Shown: positions 24,751-37,749 of the stretch, one piece after another
Position numbering within the stretch: position 1 is the first letter of the stretch
Layout: every line of letters begins with the position of its first letter
From: Camelus dromedarius
Lineage: Eukaryota
Assembly: GCF_036321535.1 (NCBI RefSeq)
Contig: NC_087436.1
Coordinates: 96,598,001-96,662,000 of the forward strand
Reading direction: 5' to 3'
DNA: 64,000 nt
Made by a program: the position numbers and the translations under genes
The notes under the pieces: generated by a model
Seen by the model: only the letters and a program-made list of their open reading frames with translations
The model's database searches: none
What the model was told of the DNA's origin: nothing

Positions 24751-25734
24751 CTGGTTTGCCAGGTAGGCTCTGATTTTCATAAAAAAACAAAAGAATGAAA
24801 GAAGTGTCCTGCTACAAGTAAAGCAGGAAATAGTGTAAATCGGATGACTTTTTAGCTGATTGTGCCTTTGTAGCTGTAGATAAAATATTATTTATTTCTT
24901 CTAAGTATTGATTTTGACTGAATTTGTCCTGAAAACCATTCTTCGTACTTTGGAGAGAGATTTATCTTTGCATCCAATGATTTGCTCACTAGTGATTGTG
25001 TGGCCACATCTCCGCAGGAAGGATGTGTGTGCCTGATGTTCTTTGTGTTCCCCACTGCAGAAAAAACTGGGAAGGAAACTTAACAGGCCTTGCATAGGCT
25101 CCCTGGCCTGTAATGCTGGTTCCTGTCCATGGCGTTATATTAACCGTCCTTTGGCCAATGCACACTTACGATACACTGGTTTATTTAGGCCAAGTAGGGC
25201 CAATTCATACCTGTGAGCAGATGAGGGCTCCCCCTGAAGGGAGTTTATATTTCCAACCAGGATTTTGAAGGACAAATACTTTACCAGTCCTTTTTTTTTT
25301 TTTTTTTTTTTTGTAGCATTAATTTGGGCCATCCTGGAGGGGTCATCAGGGTAGCCATTTATTTTAGTACAGGTGAGTTACCTACTGTGTCAAACTTTTA
25401 TTATCCCCATGAGTGCCATAAAGAGACATTTGGAGGACCATTACTCAGAAAGCAAAAGTCCCTCTGCGCATGGTGTATGCTTTCTTTAAAACATCTCTGC
25501 TAGTAATGACAGTCAGGGACAAAGCAAAAATTCAACCTTCAAGCTCTAGGGCTGCAACCAAGGTTGATGAGTGTGTGCAGTTTATGTGGTCTCACTTGCT
25601 TTCTGTCTGTCTTTTCCTCTCATGCATATTTTCTCTTTTTTTTTCTCCCTCTCTGCTCCTTTTTTCCTTTTGCCTTCTGTTGTTTTCTTCCCCCTTTCTT
25701 TCCCTTCCCCTCCCTCTTGCCTCTATTTGTTTCC

Positions 25735-26150
25735 CTTGGTGTCAGTTTGGATCTTTTGAGAAGACAAAATTAGATGTGCAAGAAATTTATTAGGAAAACA
25801 TCTGTGAAGAATGAAGTGGAGAAGGAGCAGAATTAGGCAGGAAAACCTTCAGCCTTAACTGCAGCAGGGGAGAAGGAAAGAAGAGTCAGTAGGAGGGCCT
25901 TAGACTGCAGCAACTCCGGGAACGTCTTGGCCAGGTTTATGGAGACCCTAGAGCCGAATCTCCCCATTAGAGGAGTTCCATATTGAGTAGGATAGCCCAG
26001 CTTGCATATGCTGGCCATGCTCAGTCATTGGCTGGAAACAGCCAGGAGAGCTTGGTCTCTGTGTGAACATCGCAAACAGACCCAAAGGCACAGCAGTTGG
26101 AGGGTGTCAGCCTTTGCAGCAGGTTCTTTTGAAAGGAGCTGAGCAGCACA
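25735..26150 (-). mobile_element. LTR16-like ERVL LTR
   Basis: 'gtgcaagaaatttattagg', 'ccttagactgcagc', 'tgctcagtcattggctgg'. Confidence 0.7.
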
Positions 26151-26189
26151 ATTTCATGATTGCCAAATTGTCTTTCTTCCTTCCTTCTG

Positions 26190-26714
26190 ATCAAGAAGGC
26201 CTTAAAGCTCCCCTCATCTTGACTAAAATTCAGACAAATTTCTTCCTGACCTTTTCTTAGTGCCTTTACTTTAGAAAACTTGTAATTATAAATTAGTTCT
26301 CTGTCTCTTTAGATGGAATTTTTTTCAAAGCCTCTTTCCAGTTTTATAACCTGGGAATGTCTTTCTCAAGGACGTGGGAACCATTCCTTTGAAATGCATT
26401 CATCAAGGAAAGCCATCCCCCTACCTACTAGTTTCTGTGAGAGAGATTTCGGTGGGCAGCTTACTCCAAGTTGCAAAACTACCTCCTGTCATGAAGATGA
26501 GAGGAAGTTTCCTTTTGCCTTAAGTAATGCCAATTAGGAAACACAGATGGGCTATAATTCCCCCATCCCAGCTCTTAAACCTATCTGGTTCTTTGTTTTG
26601 TATCAGTGAAGTTGAGGTCACACTGAGTTCTGGGCTTTCTTTCCTATCACAACAGCCTTGAATTAAGGGGCTTCCTTGCCTGTTTAACTTTGTCTAGTGC
26701 AATTTTTCCTTTGA
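26190..26714 (+). mobile_element. ERV1 (MER4/MER34-group-like) solo LTR
   Basis: 'tttactttagaaaacttgtaatt', 'ggaatgtctttctcaaggac...cctttgaaatg', 'cttccttgcctgtttaactttgtc'. Confidence 0.7.
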
Positions 26715-26734
26715 TTGTTTTTTCCTTCCTTCCA

Positions 26735-27200
26735 GTAAATATTAATTGCATGCCAATGATGTGATAGGAATTAGGTTAGCATCACATATATTGGTGAGAA
26801 AGGTTGATGCCGTTCTTTAGAGTAGACAGAAAATAAGGGAGTAAAAAAATAAATGCTAATTTTGAAATGCAAATTTCATAGAAGGAAAACAGTTTGATGG
26901 TATAAAAAGTGAAAAATGGGACTATTTTTACATAAAATATTCAGGGACCTCAGAGACATGGTCCTTTTTCAGGTTAGAACCCATATTTTTTGGGTCTAGC
27001 AGCTTAGCTCCACATATAACATTAAGTATAATCTGCAATCAGAATGCAAGCTTTCCAAATCTCATCTTTCTCAACTATAAAATGAAGCTAATAACAGTAT
27101 CTATTTCATGGTATTATTTGAAGAATTAAATGAGATAATTTATCTAATGCACTTAGTGTTTTTATTGCCTAGGTACAGTAAATGTTTGATAATATTGATG
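26735..27200. mobile_element. L2 fragment followed by MIR (about 27050-27200)
   Basis: L2 3'-end-like 'taaatattaattgcatgcc..tgtg'; MIR core 'ctcatctttctcaactataaaatgaagctaataacagtatct'. Confidence 0.55.
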
Positions 27201-28039
27201 ATGATGAAATAATTTGCAAAGATAATATTCAATATTGTGTGGTTTTTAAATTTTTTTAGTACCAGATAATTAACAACAAAAAAAAATGAACTCCTTTTAA
27301 ATATCTCCTGAAATGCAGTCAGGGGAATTCTAGTCTATACTTTTTATTTGGGCACTTACTGATATGATGCCCAGAATAATGATTCAACAGTTCAACATTT
27401 AGATGTCTTGCTTCTCTCATGAAAATACAGTTTCTTTGAAGGCATTGATAAAGAATTACATGCTTTCTATGTTCCCACAGCACTTAGTATAGTAATATTA
27501 GGCACATAAAATGTACAAGATAAAAAGCTTATTGAATTGAAGTTCACGCTAATAGTGGACGAATATTTTTTGGTGAGTTACTAATTTGAAGTTATTTTCT
27601 GTTTTTATAAACTTTTTTTCTCTTTTAAAGAAATCAATGTAGTCTTAGAATTGTTGGCTGAAATTAACTCTAAGAAAAAGACTTTTTTCTTTTTCGTAAT
27701 AAAGGATTGACATTAAGGGTTTAAAACACAAAAATCTTGAGAATCAACTAAGAATGTTTTTTATACTCCAAAAATCCATATTACAAAATGATTCATAATG
27801 GTGAGGGGCTATGTGAAACAGAGAATAGAGATAGTTGGTCCCTGGGATAATTTCACATTTCTTGTGAAATGCGACTCTAATTCTTCTTGATTCTGGCATG
27901 TGAGATCGTGTGTTCTTTATTGTTTTACTTCTAAAAGATATTGATTTTAGTAAGTTCTCCTAAACAATATTGTGCATTTTTGCCATTTGGTTTACTGCCA
28001 GAAGTTGGTCTCTCTGGACTAATGTTCATCTCCCAAGGG

Positions 28040-28265
28040 CAGTGTAGAGAAACGTTCAGCATGAGCTGTAGAGTAAGACAGACTTGGTTTAGAGTCCAAG
28101 CATTTTGTCCTTGAAAAAATTACCCACATTCCATCTTCATCTGTAAAACGGAAATAGTAATAGTTTCATCCTCACATGGTTGTTGTGAGGGTTTGTAAGG
28201 TTACCTGTGTGAAGTAGTAGATTGTTCACATAAAACACCCGGCTTACAGGAAACACTAAACATAC
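28040..28265 (+). mobile_element. MIR SINE
   Basis: 'gagtaagacagacttggtttagagtcc', 'cttcatctgtaaaacggaaatagtaatag', 'ggttgttgtgagg'. Confidence 0.75.
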
Positions 28266-28701
28266 TGCACTTCCATTACATTTCCATTTGTGGATGGCAC
28301 TCTTTGGGGAGTGAATTTACTGTCATGTCTTTTCATAAACACATTTTATTGTATAAATATAAACTTGGCCCTGTATATTTGATAATTTTGAATCTAGGAT
28401 CAGAATGGCTTTTAAAATTACTAGATTGTCTATTGCTTGTTTTTTTACAATTAAAAAGTCCACTGATTTAATTAATGTTTTTCCCGTGTATCTCAAGATA
28501 TTGTTGTGCCCCTCCTGAGGCAATGGGCCTTAAGACTTTTAATTAGCTTTCCTTCAGTGATGTGTCCTGATGAATAACACCTTCTTTATACTGGAAATCA
28601 TTTGACTCATAGCTCTTTCATTGAGAGAATGAGATCCAGGTATGGTCTCTTACCAGCATCTATCATTATCAATTTCCCATTATAATTTTATTGCCTTCTC
28701 T

Positions 28702-28951
28702 CTTTTTTTAATGTTAAATGCATCCTTTTTTTACCCCTAGTATATATATTTTTATTGAAGTAAAGTGAGTTTACAGTGTTGTGTCAGTTTCTGGTGTACA
28801 GCATAATGAATGCTTCATACATACATATATTCGTTTTCCTATTCTTTTTCACCATAAGTTACTACAAGATAAATTGGGAGTTTGAGATTTGCAGATACTA
28901 ACTAATATGTATATAATAGATAAACAAGTTTATACTGTATAGCACAGGGAA
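28702..28951 (-). mobile_element. Short L1 3' end with a 5' inversion (twin priming)
   Basis: Minus-strand L1 tail to 'ttactacaagata' (28871), then the adjacent 3'UTR segment in plus orientation to 'gcacagggaa' (28951). TSD-like ttattgccttctct (28688-28701) and ttgttgctttctct (28952-28965). Confidence 0.8.
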
Positions 28952-29889
28952 TTGTTGCTTTCTCTTTAGGAGCCAATTCCTTCTGGGTAACCTGGACCTG
29001 ATTGTTCCCCTTGTAGGGATTTTTCCATGTCTTTTCTAAAAACGTTAATCCCCCAAATGCTCTCAGGAAAAAGAAGGATGTGGTAAAATATTTGAAAAAT
29101 GTTATTTCTATGTTGTCCTTGTGGCAATTTATTTTAACAGAAAGTGTGATATATCTGTGTGCAAATTGATTTCAGTCCAACTTCTAGAGATGATTAGCCA
29201 GTAAGAAACATCTCTGCTCAGGAACCCACACTCAGTGGTGGTTTGCCAATTAGCATGAGATATACTGGTAATAATTTTTCATTCGTGAATATGTTTCTTC
29301 CAAGCTAAACTAGCCCTTAATAGCAGAGCTCAAAATTAAGAACTGTGTTCTGTGTCCTGGTACTTTATGAAGCTCTCTATTGACAGATCTCATCTGATGG
29401 TTTCTAAAGCTATAATAGCTCATTGAGTCAGTTTGCAAATAAATGTCTGTATGTTTGGCAGACTTTTGTCCAAAACTTATACTTCCTGTAATGTTCCTCT
29501 TCATACTAAGACAATAAGGAAGAAATATGTCTTCCTCTTACCTCTAATTACTGAATTTTATTAAAAGAACCCTGAAGATTTTTAAACAGCTAAAGTGGCT
29601 TATATTAGTTAATAATACCTGCAAAATATATTTCTTCTTTGGGAATTCATAAAGTATATGAAATCTCTCAGTTAAAAAAAAAGGTTGTTTAAATTTGTTT
29701 CTTGGTTAAGCTAATTTTTTTTCAAACTTATTTGAATACAGATTTCTTTTTTCTTTGGTAAATGTCTATTTACATTAGTACTTCACATACCATTTACAGA
29801 CCAGTGATCAAAATTTGGAGAATATTATTTTAAATCTTATCCTCTCTTACCTTTTTTTAATCAATTCACTTATATTATGGTCTTTTCTT

Positions 29890-30223
29890 CTCTTTCAAAG
29901 ATCATTCTCTCTGAGGGAATACAACAGCCATGTCTTGAAGAAACACAAAAACCCTGTGGAGAGGCTTACAGGGCCAGAAACAGCAACTTCCTGCTAACAG
30001 CCATGTGGGCCAGCCACCTTGGAAATGACTCTTCCAGCTCCAGTCAAGCCTTCATTGACTGCAGCCCCAGCTGACATGTTGACCACAATTTCATGAGTGA
30101 CCCCTAAGCCAGAACCACCCAGCGAAGAACCCTGACTTACAGAAACGGTGAGATAATTAATGTTTATTATTTAAGTTACTAATCTTCAAATAATTTCTCA
30201 TGCAGCAATGGATAGCTAATGCA
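29890..30223 (+). mobile_element. MaLR MLT1 (F/G-like) LTR
   Basis: 'ttccagctccagtcaagccttca...gactgcagccccagctgaca', ends 'catgcagcaatggatagctaatgca'. Confidence 0.8.
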
Positions 30224-31299
30224 TATTTTAATGATTCTAATGAAACACCAGATTAAAAACAATTATATCCAAAAGTTCTAATGATGAAAAGTGACTCTAT
30301 TTTGGCTCCTATAAATATTTGCTTTTTAGCTGTGGTGTACTCTCTAAAAATGGTCATTGAAAAGAGAATTTTCGGACTGGAGAATCAGTGAGTCCTCTAA
30401 GCATGTCATAAAATTGGCTGGCTAGTCCTTCCTCTCCTAAGGCTCCCCTGCTAATTCCTCTGAATTCCCACTTTCTTGTCATCAACTATCCCAAGCTCAA
30501 GTCTGTACCATTGCTTCCAGCCTTCTTTGTCCTGATTCCTAATGGAAGTATTAGCAAATACTACAAATATGTTTTTATATCCTTGAACAACTCAGAAGGA
30601 AAAATAAGGCATATGTGGTAGGTAAATATATTTTTATTGCCTAAAATGAAAGCAGTATTATGAATCTGGTGTGGTGGAATCAAAGACAGAAGTGTGGGGG
30701 AATTGGAAGAAGAGGCAGGAATGATAAAGGTCCTTGGTAATCTCCATCAGCCCTTAAGCCACTTCAGCAAACATACTATCCTTGTAAGAACTATATGTGC
30801 TTCTTACACAAATAAGACCTTAAGACAAATCCTCTAGCCCCTACCCCCAAAGGGATTGCAGCCACAAAACCTCTCAGATGTATAATTTCCGGAGATGTTA
30901 TTGCTAACCATGATCAGACTTATTTAATGGTTTTCCTAAAATCAGTGCAAGTGTTAGAATACTAATTAATAATTTAATAGGATGCTTAGCCTCTGATAGT
31001 CATTAATATTTTGACCTATTTAGTTGCTGGGTCAATGATAAATTTAATTCTCTTTGAACAATTAAATTGACTAATGCAAGAATCATCCCCCAAGTTTGGT
31101 AGTAAAAGATGATTTAAAATAATTAATGTACAAAGATGGCTTACTTCCAATAAACTTTAATGATTTGAAGCTCTTTAAAAGTTTTGCTGTTGAATTATGA
31201 ATTAATTGGTATCTAACCTTGAGTTATACAGAATGAAATGAAAGATATTAATTATGTAGTCATGACATTATTTGCAGCAGTAAGTCATCATCACTGAAT

Positions 31300-31900
31300 A
31301 TTTCTTTTAATTATATTACAGACTCCAGAATATTGAGTCAGCTCAGTAAATGCTAAATTTAAAGAATAGCTGTAGTTTCCACTAGCTGTTGACTAGAATT
31401 TTCTCTCATGTACCTAAATAATTTTCATAGGACTTAAACATTTTTTTACTTTGATGTTAATTACTACCTGCTGGATCTTCTCGTTAATCAGTTTTCAAGC
31501 AATTAATTCTATCACTAATGGAAAGTATTGACCAAATTAAAGGCCGTTTCCAGAATTAAACTATGGTAATTAATTTCCTGGTTTCTGTGTTAATAAGCTG
31601 TCATATATTGTGTGGCAGACATTGATTAGTGTCTACATCAGCCATGCAAATTAATGCAGGCCTATTGGCCTCCCTGTTGGAAAAAGTAAGGCTGTGCTTA
31701 AAAAGGAAGGAGATAGGAGGTAAAATCAAAACCAGCTACACATTGGGGAGGCTATATTTTCTCATTCCCAAAGATACATCATTACCAAAGACTGTCAAAA
31801 CCTTTTCCAGGTCTCCAAAAATTCGGTTTAGAATACTTTTTTGGCTGCCGTGAATTAAGCCAAACATAGTCACATTTCTAACTTAATTGCAAGGTGCATA
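31300..31900. promoter_or_regulatory. Candidate enhancer rich in homeodomain/POU sites
   Basis: Repeat-free, many TAAT/ATTA, octamer ATGCAAAT 31644-31651, CTGTCA 31598-31603, TGAGTCA 31334-31340. Motif evidence only. Confidence 0.35.
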
Positions 31901-32149
31901 ACATGGGGAGATTTTTATGCCTTGGGAAATGTTTGTACTCTACTATAGAAAAGTTATTGCCATGAGAATACAATATAATATTAAAATATTTGGATTATTT
32001 TATAAAATATAAAGTGTGAATTTATTTTAAAATTGTATCCACTAACATAGGCACTTGTGTAATTTATAAATTTTTTAGCCATTTTTTGTCTTTCCACACT
32101 CAAGGTATGTGATGTTTCTTCAGTTCCTTAAAAGTGGTTTGTAATTCAT

Positions 32150-33830
32150 GGTTTTAATTAATATATTTAATGTGTGAAATATTTCTAATAGAGAATTGAG
32201 AATATAATAGGACTAATGTGCATCCCATCTGGACTTAATAGATATAAACGTTTTCATGGTTTTACTTCTGATCTCTTTATTTTAAAATAACAGAAATAAA
32301 CCTTATAGATACAACTAAAAATCACCTCCATTCTTTCTGCATGTCTTCTGTTAATTTTTCTGGAGATTCAGTACCTTGAAATTGGTATATATTATTTCTG
32401 TGAAATATTTGTTATCTTTCCTAATTGATATGTAAAATGGTTAGGTTTTTCACATATTTGGCTTTATTTCTAAGTTGTACACTAGTTTTATATATATTGA
32501 AAAGTCTGTTAGAAGACAGGATGAAGTATGTGTGTATGTTTGTATATATATATGCACATAGGATTAAACATATATGTATATGTGTATATATGTATACATA
32601 TATACATAAATGTTATACATACATCCATGTTATGTCATGTAACAGACTTTTAAAATGTTACCAATCCAATAGGTATCATTTTTAAAAATTTATATTTTCA
32701 ATAATAAATTTGAGCTTTTTTCCAGATGTTTATTGAATATTAATTTTTGTTCATCTGGAAACTGTTCATATCTCTTTGCCCATTTTTTCTGTGAGATTGT
32801 TTTTCTTATTTATATTGGAGTGCTTTACATATTCTGAATCCTAATTTTTGTTTATTCTACACAATGAAAATCCATTTTCAAGTCTGTGGTCTGTACTTTA
32901 ACTTTGGTTGCTTTTTAATGAAAAAAAAATTTTAATATAGCCAGATTTATTGATCTTTCATTTTAGTTTATACATTTTGCACCTTGTTTAATAACTTACT
33001 CCCTACCCCAAAGTCATATGCTGTCTGTGTACTTCAGGAGTGCTTACGTATTTGCTTCTTCTGTTTAAGTCTTCCATTTTTCTGGAATTTATTTTTGTAT
33101 ATGATGTGAGGTTTGCATCCAGTTTGATCATCTCCCAAGTAGATGACCAGTTGTTCAGCATCATTTATTGAACTGTGCATTTTTTTCCCATTAACATATA
33201 ATTCATCTCTGTCAACTACCCAATTCCCATGTAAATGGTCCAGTTTCAGGCTTTCAGTTCTATTCCACTGGTGTGTCTTTCTCCTATAGTAATACCATGA
33301 TAATTAAATTACAGATTGATACTATGCCATGATATTTGAGAGAACATATACCCTTTCTTTTTCAAAATTGATGAGGTTTTTCCTAGCACTTTATGTAGCA
33401 CTTTAGGACTACCTTTTAAAATTCTGAAAAGAATTGGAACTTCGGCTAATGCATTAAATATGTAGTTAGATGTTGAGGAAGAAAGGCCATTCTTACAATA
33501 TTGAGTCTTCCAATTTGTGAATACAGTATATCTTTTCATTAATGTAGGCATTATTTTATGTAATGGAATGTTTTCATTTCATCATTTTATCTTTTGCTAG
33601 GTTTATTTTTCAGATCTTTATAGTTTTTGTTATCACTAATGATACATTTTTAAACATTACATTTTTAAATTAGTTATTACTGGTGTGTAGGAATACTACT
33701 AACATGCACATTGCTGTACATTCAGCAATCTTGTTGAACTTTCTTATTAGTTCTAAGAATTTGTCTTTAGAGTCTTTTTTTTTTTATACAGGCAATCATC
33801 ACATCTTCAAATAATGACAATTTTGTTTCT
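32150..33830 (-). mobile_element. Old L1 (L1ME-like) 3'UTR/ORF2 remnant with a (TA/TG) microsatellite
   Basis: 'ctgttcatatctctttgcccattttt', 'ccagttgttcagcatcatttattgaa', 'ttacaatattgagtcttccaat'. Confidence 0.75.
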
Positions 33831-34509
33831 TGCTTATATTTAAGGTATTAAAAAGAGAAAAGTATTAAATATACTTTGTTAAGAGGAGCAAAGTTTGGGA
33901 AATTGAGAGGATGGTACCTGCTGAAATTTCAATGCTGCAAGTCACCAAATACAGTTTTCCACTAATTTCCACCCACCTTCCTATTATTAAGCCTTTTCCC
34001 TATCATCTTAGCAGTTAAGCATTTTTACTTTAAACATTGTTTTACAGAAATTTGTTTAGTTGAAAATATATTAGGTCAATCATGAGATTAGGTGCCAGTG
34101 TGTCAAAGATCCACCTTGCTACTCAGGGAAACTCCATTCAGTGTAGGCTGTGGACACATACAGTGAATATGATCACTGGGGGATGGAAGGTGGGGTTTGA
34201 GTGTCCTTCTGTAGAAATCCCAGGGTCCCCTCCAAGCCAGACTGAGATCTACTTCTTTTCTGTGTTCTGAAACAAAGTAGGAACTCAGTAATTTTTTTGT
34301 TGAATTGCCCAAATATCTTCCTTTGTTTGTCTGTCAAGGCTTGAAATGTCACATGTAACTCATTCTGGTAGGATTTAAGATTTGTTCATTTTTAACAATC
34401 TTTTCAGAAACAGTAAGCATCCTTAGATTGTACTTCATTCTTTTAATTTACTATGCCTACAAACAAACCTTACTTCATTCCTGCTACCTGTTCCATTACA
34501 GCACTGGTG

Positions 34510-34665
34510 TATAACATTTGACAAGTTAGGCCAAAATTTCCTGATCTGTTTAAATTGGGATAATTAAAGGACCTTACAGTGTTGTTGTGAAAATTCAACT
34601 AAAGCATATAAAACTTTAGGACAGTGCTTGGTCTACAGTAAGCAATATATGTTACTTTTATTAGT
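34510..34665 (+). mobile_element. MIR SINE
   Basis: 'tttcctgatctgtttaaattgggataat...gttgttgtgaaaatt...aggacagtgcttggtctacagtaagc'. Confidence 0.7.
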
Positions 34666-34869
34666 AAGTCATCATTATCATTAACCTTCAATTCTCAGGT
34701 AGAAAATAATTACAGATTACACATTTGCGTTTTATCTAGGGCAATATACTGTCAAGGCAAGTAATTTTCCTATAAACATAAGAATTAAATAATGCTTTGT
34801 ACAAATAAAAATAATACAATTAAATAGGCATATACATATGTTATTAACTACTTCTTAAAGGCTGTACTG

Positions 34870-36445
34870 AAAATATTTATATGAAATAATATTCCTCATT
34901 AGCTTGAATCAGAACAGTTCTGAAAAGAACAACTAGAAAAGCTAAATACATTTTAAAAAATGTTTTCAGGAATTAGAGTGGTGTCAAGACAGCCAAGTAC
35001 TAAAGAACCTGAGATTTGGAGAGAAGGGAAGAGCTTTGAGGGGGGTCTGACATTTTACATCAATTTGCTTTGCAAGGAATTTTGCCTATTTTTAAGTCTC
35101 AAGTCTGAGAAAATAAGATGAGCAAAAGGGGCAGCTAAAGGTCTAAGAATCTGAGCAGAGTTTTCAGCATTCTTAAGGGCCTAAAAAAACAAAATTTGAG
35201 GTCTTTCAGGATTGGAAAGGCAGCCAGCACTTATAGCAGGAGAAAATTTCAGAGAGAAAGAACGTAAGGAAGAGAGAAGAAATGTAACCCCATTCTTGGA
35301 CTGCTTTTCCCACTGAGGGATTTTCTGATTGTTAAGTAGAGCAAGGCAAAAGTCAAGAACTCAAGCAGAGAGCAGAATCTAAGCAGCCAAGAAGATGAAC
35401 TAAGATTTTAGAAGTCCCACAAGAATTGGAGAGACAAAACATGTGGTTTAATATCCACTAAGAAAAGCAGACACTTGCAAATATCTTACGCATTCAATTG
35501 AGACATTCAATAGCTAAATTACATGATTAAGAACAAACAAACAAAAAGCCTTTATAAAGATTAAAGTCAAATTTTGGAATCATTTTAACTTTGGGTTGAA
35601 ATGATCTACTTTTACCTTTAATGCTCTAAAAAGCAACAACAAATCATCATTAATGGAAAATAGTTGTCTTCCAGAGCCTCAAAAATTGTTTGTATGTAAT
35701 GTCTGGCAGACAGTAAAAAAATTACTGGGCATGACAGGGGACAAGACCAAGAGAATAAAACAGACACTAGGAATAGACTCACAGATATACATATACAAAG
35801 TTGCATATACTGATTAACATGTATAAGAAAATAAATGTCTAGATGAAGATTTTCAATATAGAACAAAAAGGATTTATGAAAATACCAAATGGAAGTTCTA
35901 GAAATTCAAAATATAATCAATTAATACCTCAGTAGAAATTTTACAACAAATCAGAAGAGCTAAAGGGGAGAACTAGTGACCTACAAAATATGTCAGAAGA
36001 AAGAAAATAATAGACTGAAACATGAAGTAAAAAATGAAAGAAAATTCAGACTAGTAAGTATGAGACAAACGGGATATGGTGAAAATGTGTTAGATATATA
36101 TAACAAGTCCAGGAAAGAGTGGTAGAGAAAAAGTGACAGAAGCCACATTTTAGCAGATGATGGCCAAAAATTTGTTTTAATTAAGAAAAATCTCAAGGGG
36201 AGGTATAAATTAGGAGTATGGGATTAACAGATAACATACCACTATATATAAAATAGAATCTGAAAAAATATATATGTAACTGAATCACTTTGCTATACAC
36301 CTGAAAGTAACATAATATTATAAGTCAAATATGCTTCAATAAAAAAAGAAAAATCTTACTTCACAGAATCAGGATGCATTAAAAATTGCAAGCAGAGTAA
36401 ATATAAAAAAAAACCATTACCTAGACATACCATAATAAACATTTT
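34870..36445 (+). mobile_element. Old L1 (L1ME-like) 5' region and ORF1 remnant
   Basis: A-rich ORF1-like tracts 'ccaaatggaagttctagaaattcaaaatataat', 'agagctaaaggggagaactagtgaccta', 'cctagacataccataataa'. Confidence 0.65.
36194..36345 (+). mobile_element. Short 5'-truncated L1 3' end with TSD
   Basis: 'ataaattaggagtatgggattaacagat...aactgaatcactttgctatacacctgaaa...ttcaataaaaaaa'; perfect TSD aagaaaaatct at 36183-36193 and 36346-36356. Confidence 0.85.
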
Positions 36446-36862
36446 TAGATAATTCAATATAGATTTGTTTTTGTCACTCAGCATCTATTTTTTTAAAAAA
36501 TGTATTATAAAAGGTCTCCTATTCCTAGTCTAGATATATTTAATTTACAATTTATTTAAAATATAGCTTTTTAAATTTGTAAGCAGTCTTAATGGTTAGT
36601 CAATCAAATCTGCTCATTTTGTTAATAATGACATGAGGTCCAGAAAACTTGTGTGACTTATCTAAAAGCACTTCACTATGAAAAGCAATATTTTAAAAAA
36701 TAGTAAAATTTTAATGTTTAAAATAATGCAACATAATAAGAACATTTAAAATTTTAATTCAAAATTCTGATTGTCACAGAAACCATTATTTGTTTACCAA
36801 CATATCCATTCCATTCTTTATACTAAAAGCAGGACTCTGATTTTTGTGTGTATATGTGTAAT

Positions 36863-37450
36863 TGTTGGGAGGAAATTCTCTATGAATATTTTTATGTTTC
36901 TGCATGGTTGGAGACTTCTGAGCAATTACTGACAAGGTTTATTAAAGGATAAATGAACAGCTAACATGTCTTGAGAGCTAGCAATAGTATCGTAGGAGAG
37001 ACATAGAGTTATATCTCCCCAATGACAATCACTTGCTTTCCAGGTTAAGAAACCTAAAGCCTTAATTCATCTCTCTCCTCCAGAGAACATTTATTTATAT
37101 TCCAGAGTAAAAGTCTTTTTCTTTCTGGACGAGAAGATGGGTAATTATGCCAGAATTCTCTCTATAAACTCTGACGTTCATAATTTTGATTCACGTGAGT
37201 CAAAATTTTGACTTAGAGTATCATAATTTTGACTCCTGTGATGTACATGTATTGTGTATGCAGGCAGTGTCTTAGTTCTTAGTTCTATTGTTTTGTGAAA
37301 AATTGGAGTGTGAGGAACTGACTCAGTCTGAGTAATTAGCTGTCTGAAATTATGATCCAGAAACCATGAGGCTCCTGTCATTACTTATATATAAAACTTT
37401 GACAGGTTAACTTATCTTTTTGTAAATAGGGTAAAATCTTCACCATTTTA
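36863..37450 (+). mobile_element. Old ERV1-type solo LTR
   Basis: Begins 'tgttgggaggaaattctctatg...gtttctgcatg', similar to the LTR at 59522. Confidence 0.55.
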
Positions 37451-37749
37451 AATTTAAGTGCCAATGCCTAACTGAAATACTGTACTTTCTGGACTCCCTT
37501 GTGGTTAAAAGTGGCAAAGTCACCAAATTCTCAGCAGTGGCATGAAAGCAGGAGTTGGTGTTTTGGACTTTCAAAATATTCCCTTCTCCCTAATTTTGAT
37601 TTCTTGAACTGTGGTTATGATGGCTGAGGATATAGCATTCTTCTTTTACAATAAAGTGATTTTGAGAATGAGATAATGATTTTGATGTAATAATGATAAA
37701 AGGATTATTTCTAACCAAGAAGAAATGCCATGAAAGAGAAGATTCTTTT

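Noticed and set aside
24900..25290. Coding exon or ERV gene remnant downstream of the CpG island
   Set aside because: Only short ORFs with no recognisable motif; could not be assigned.
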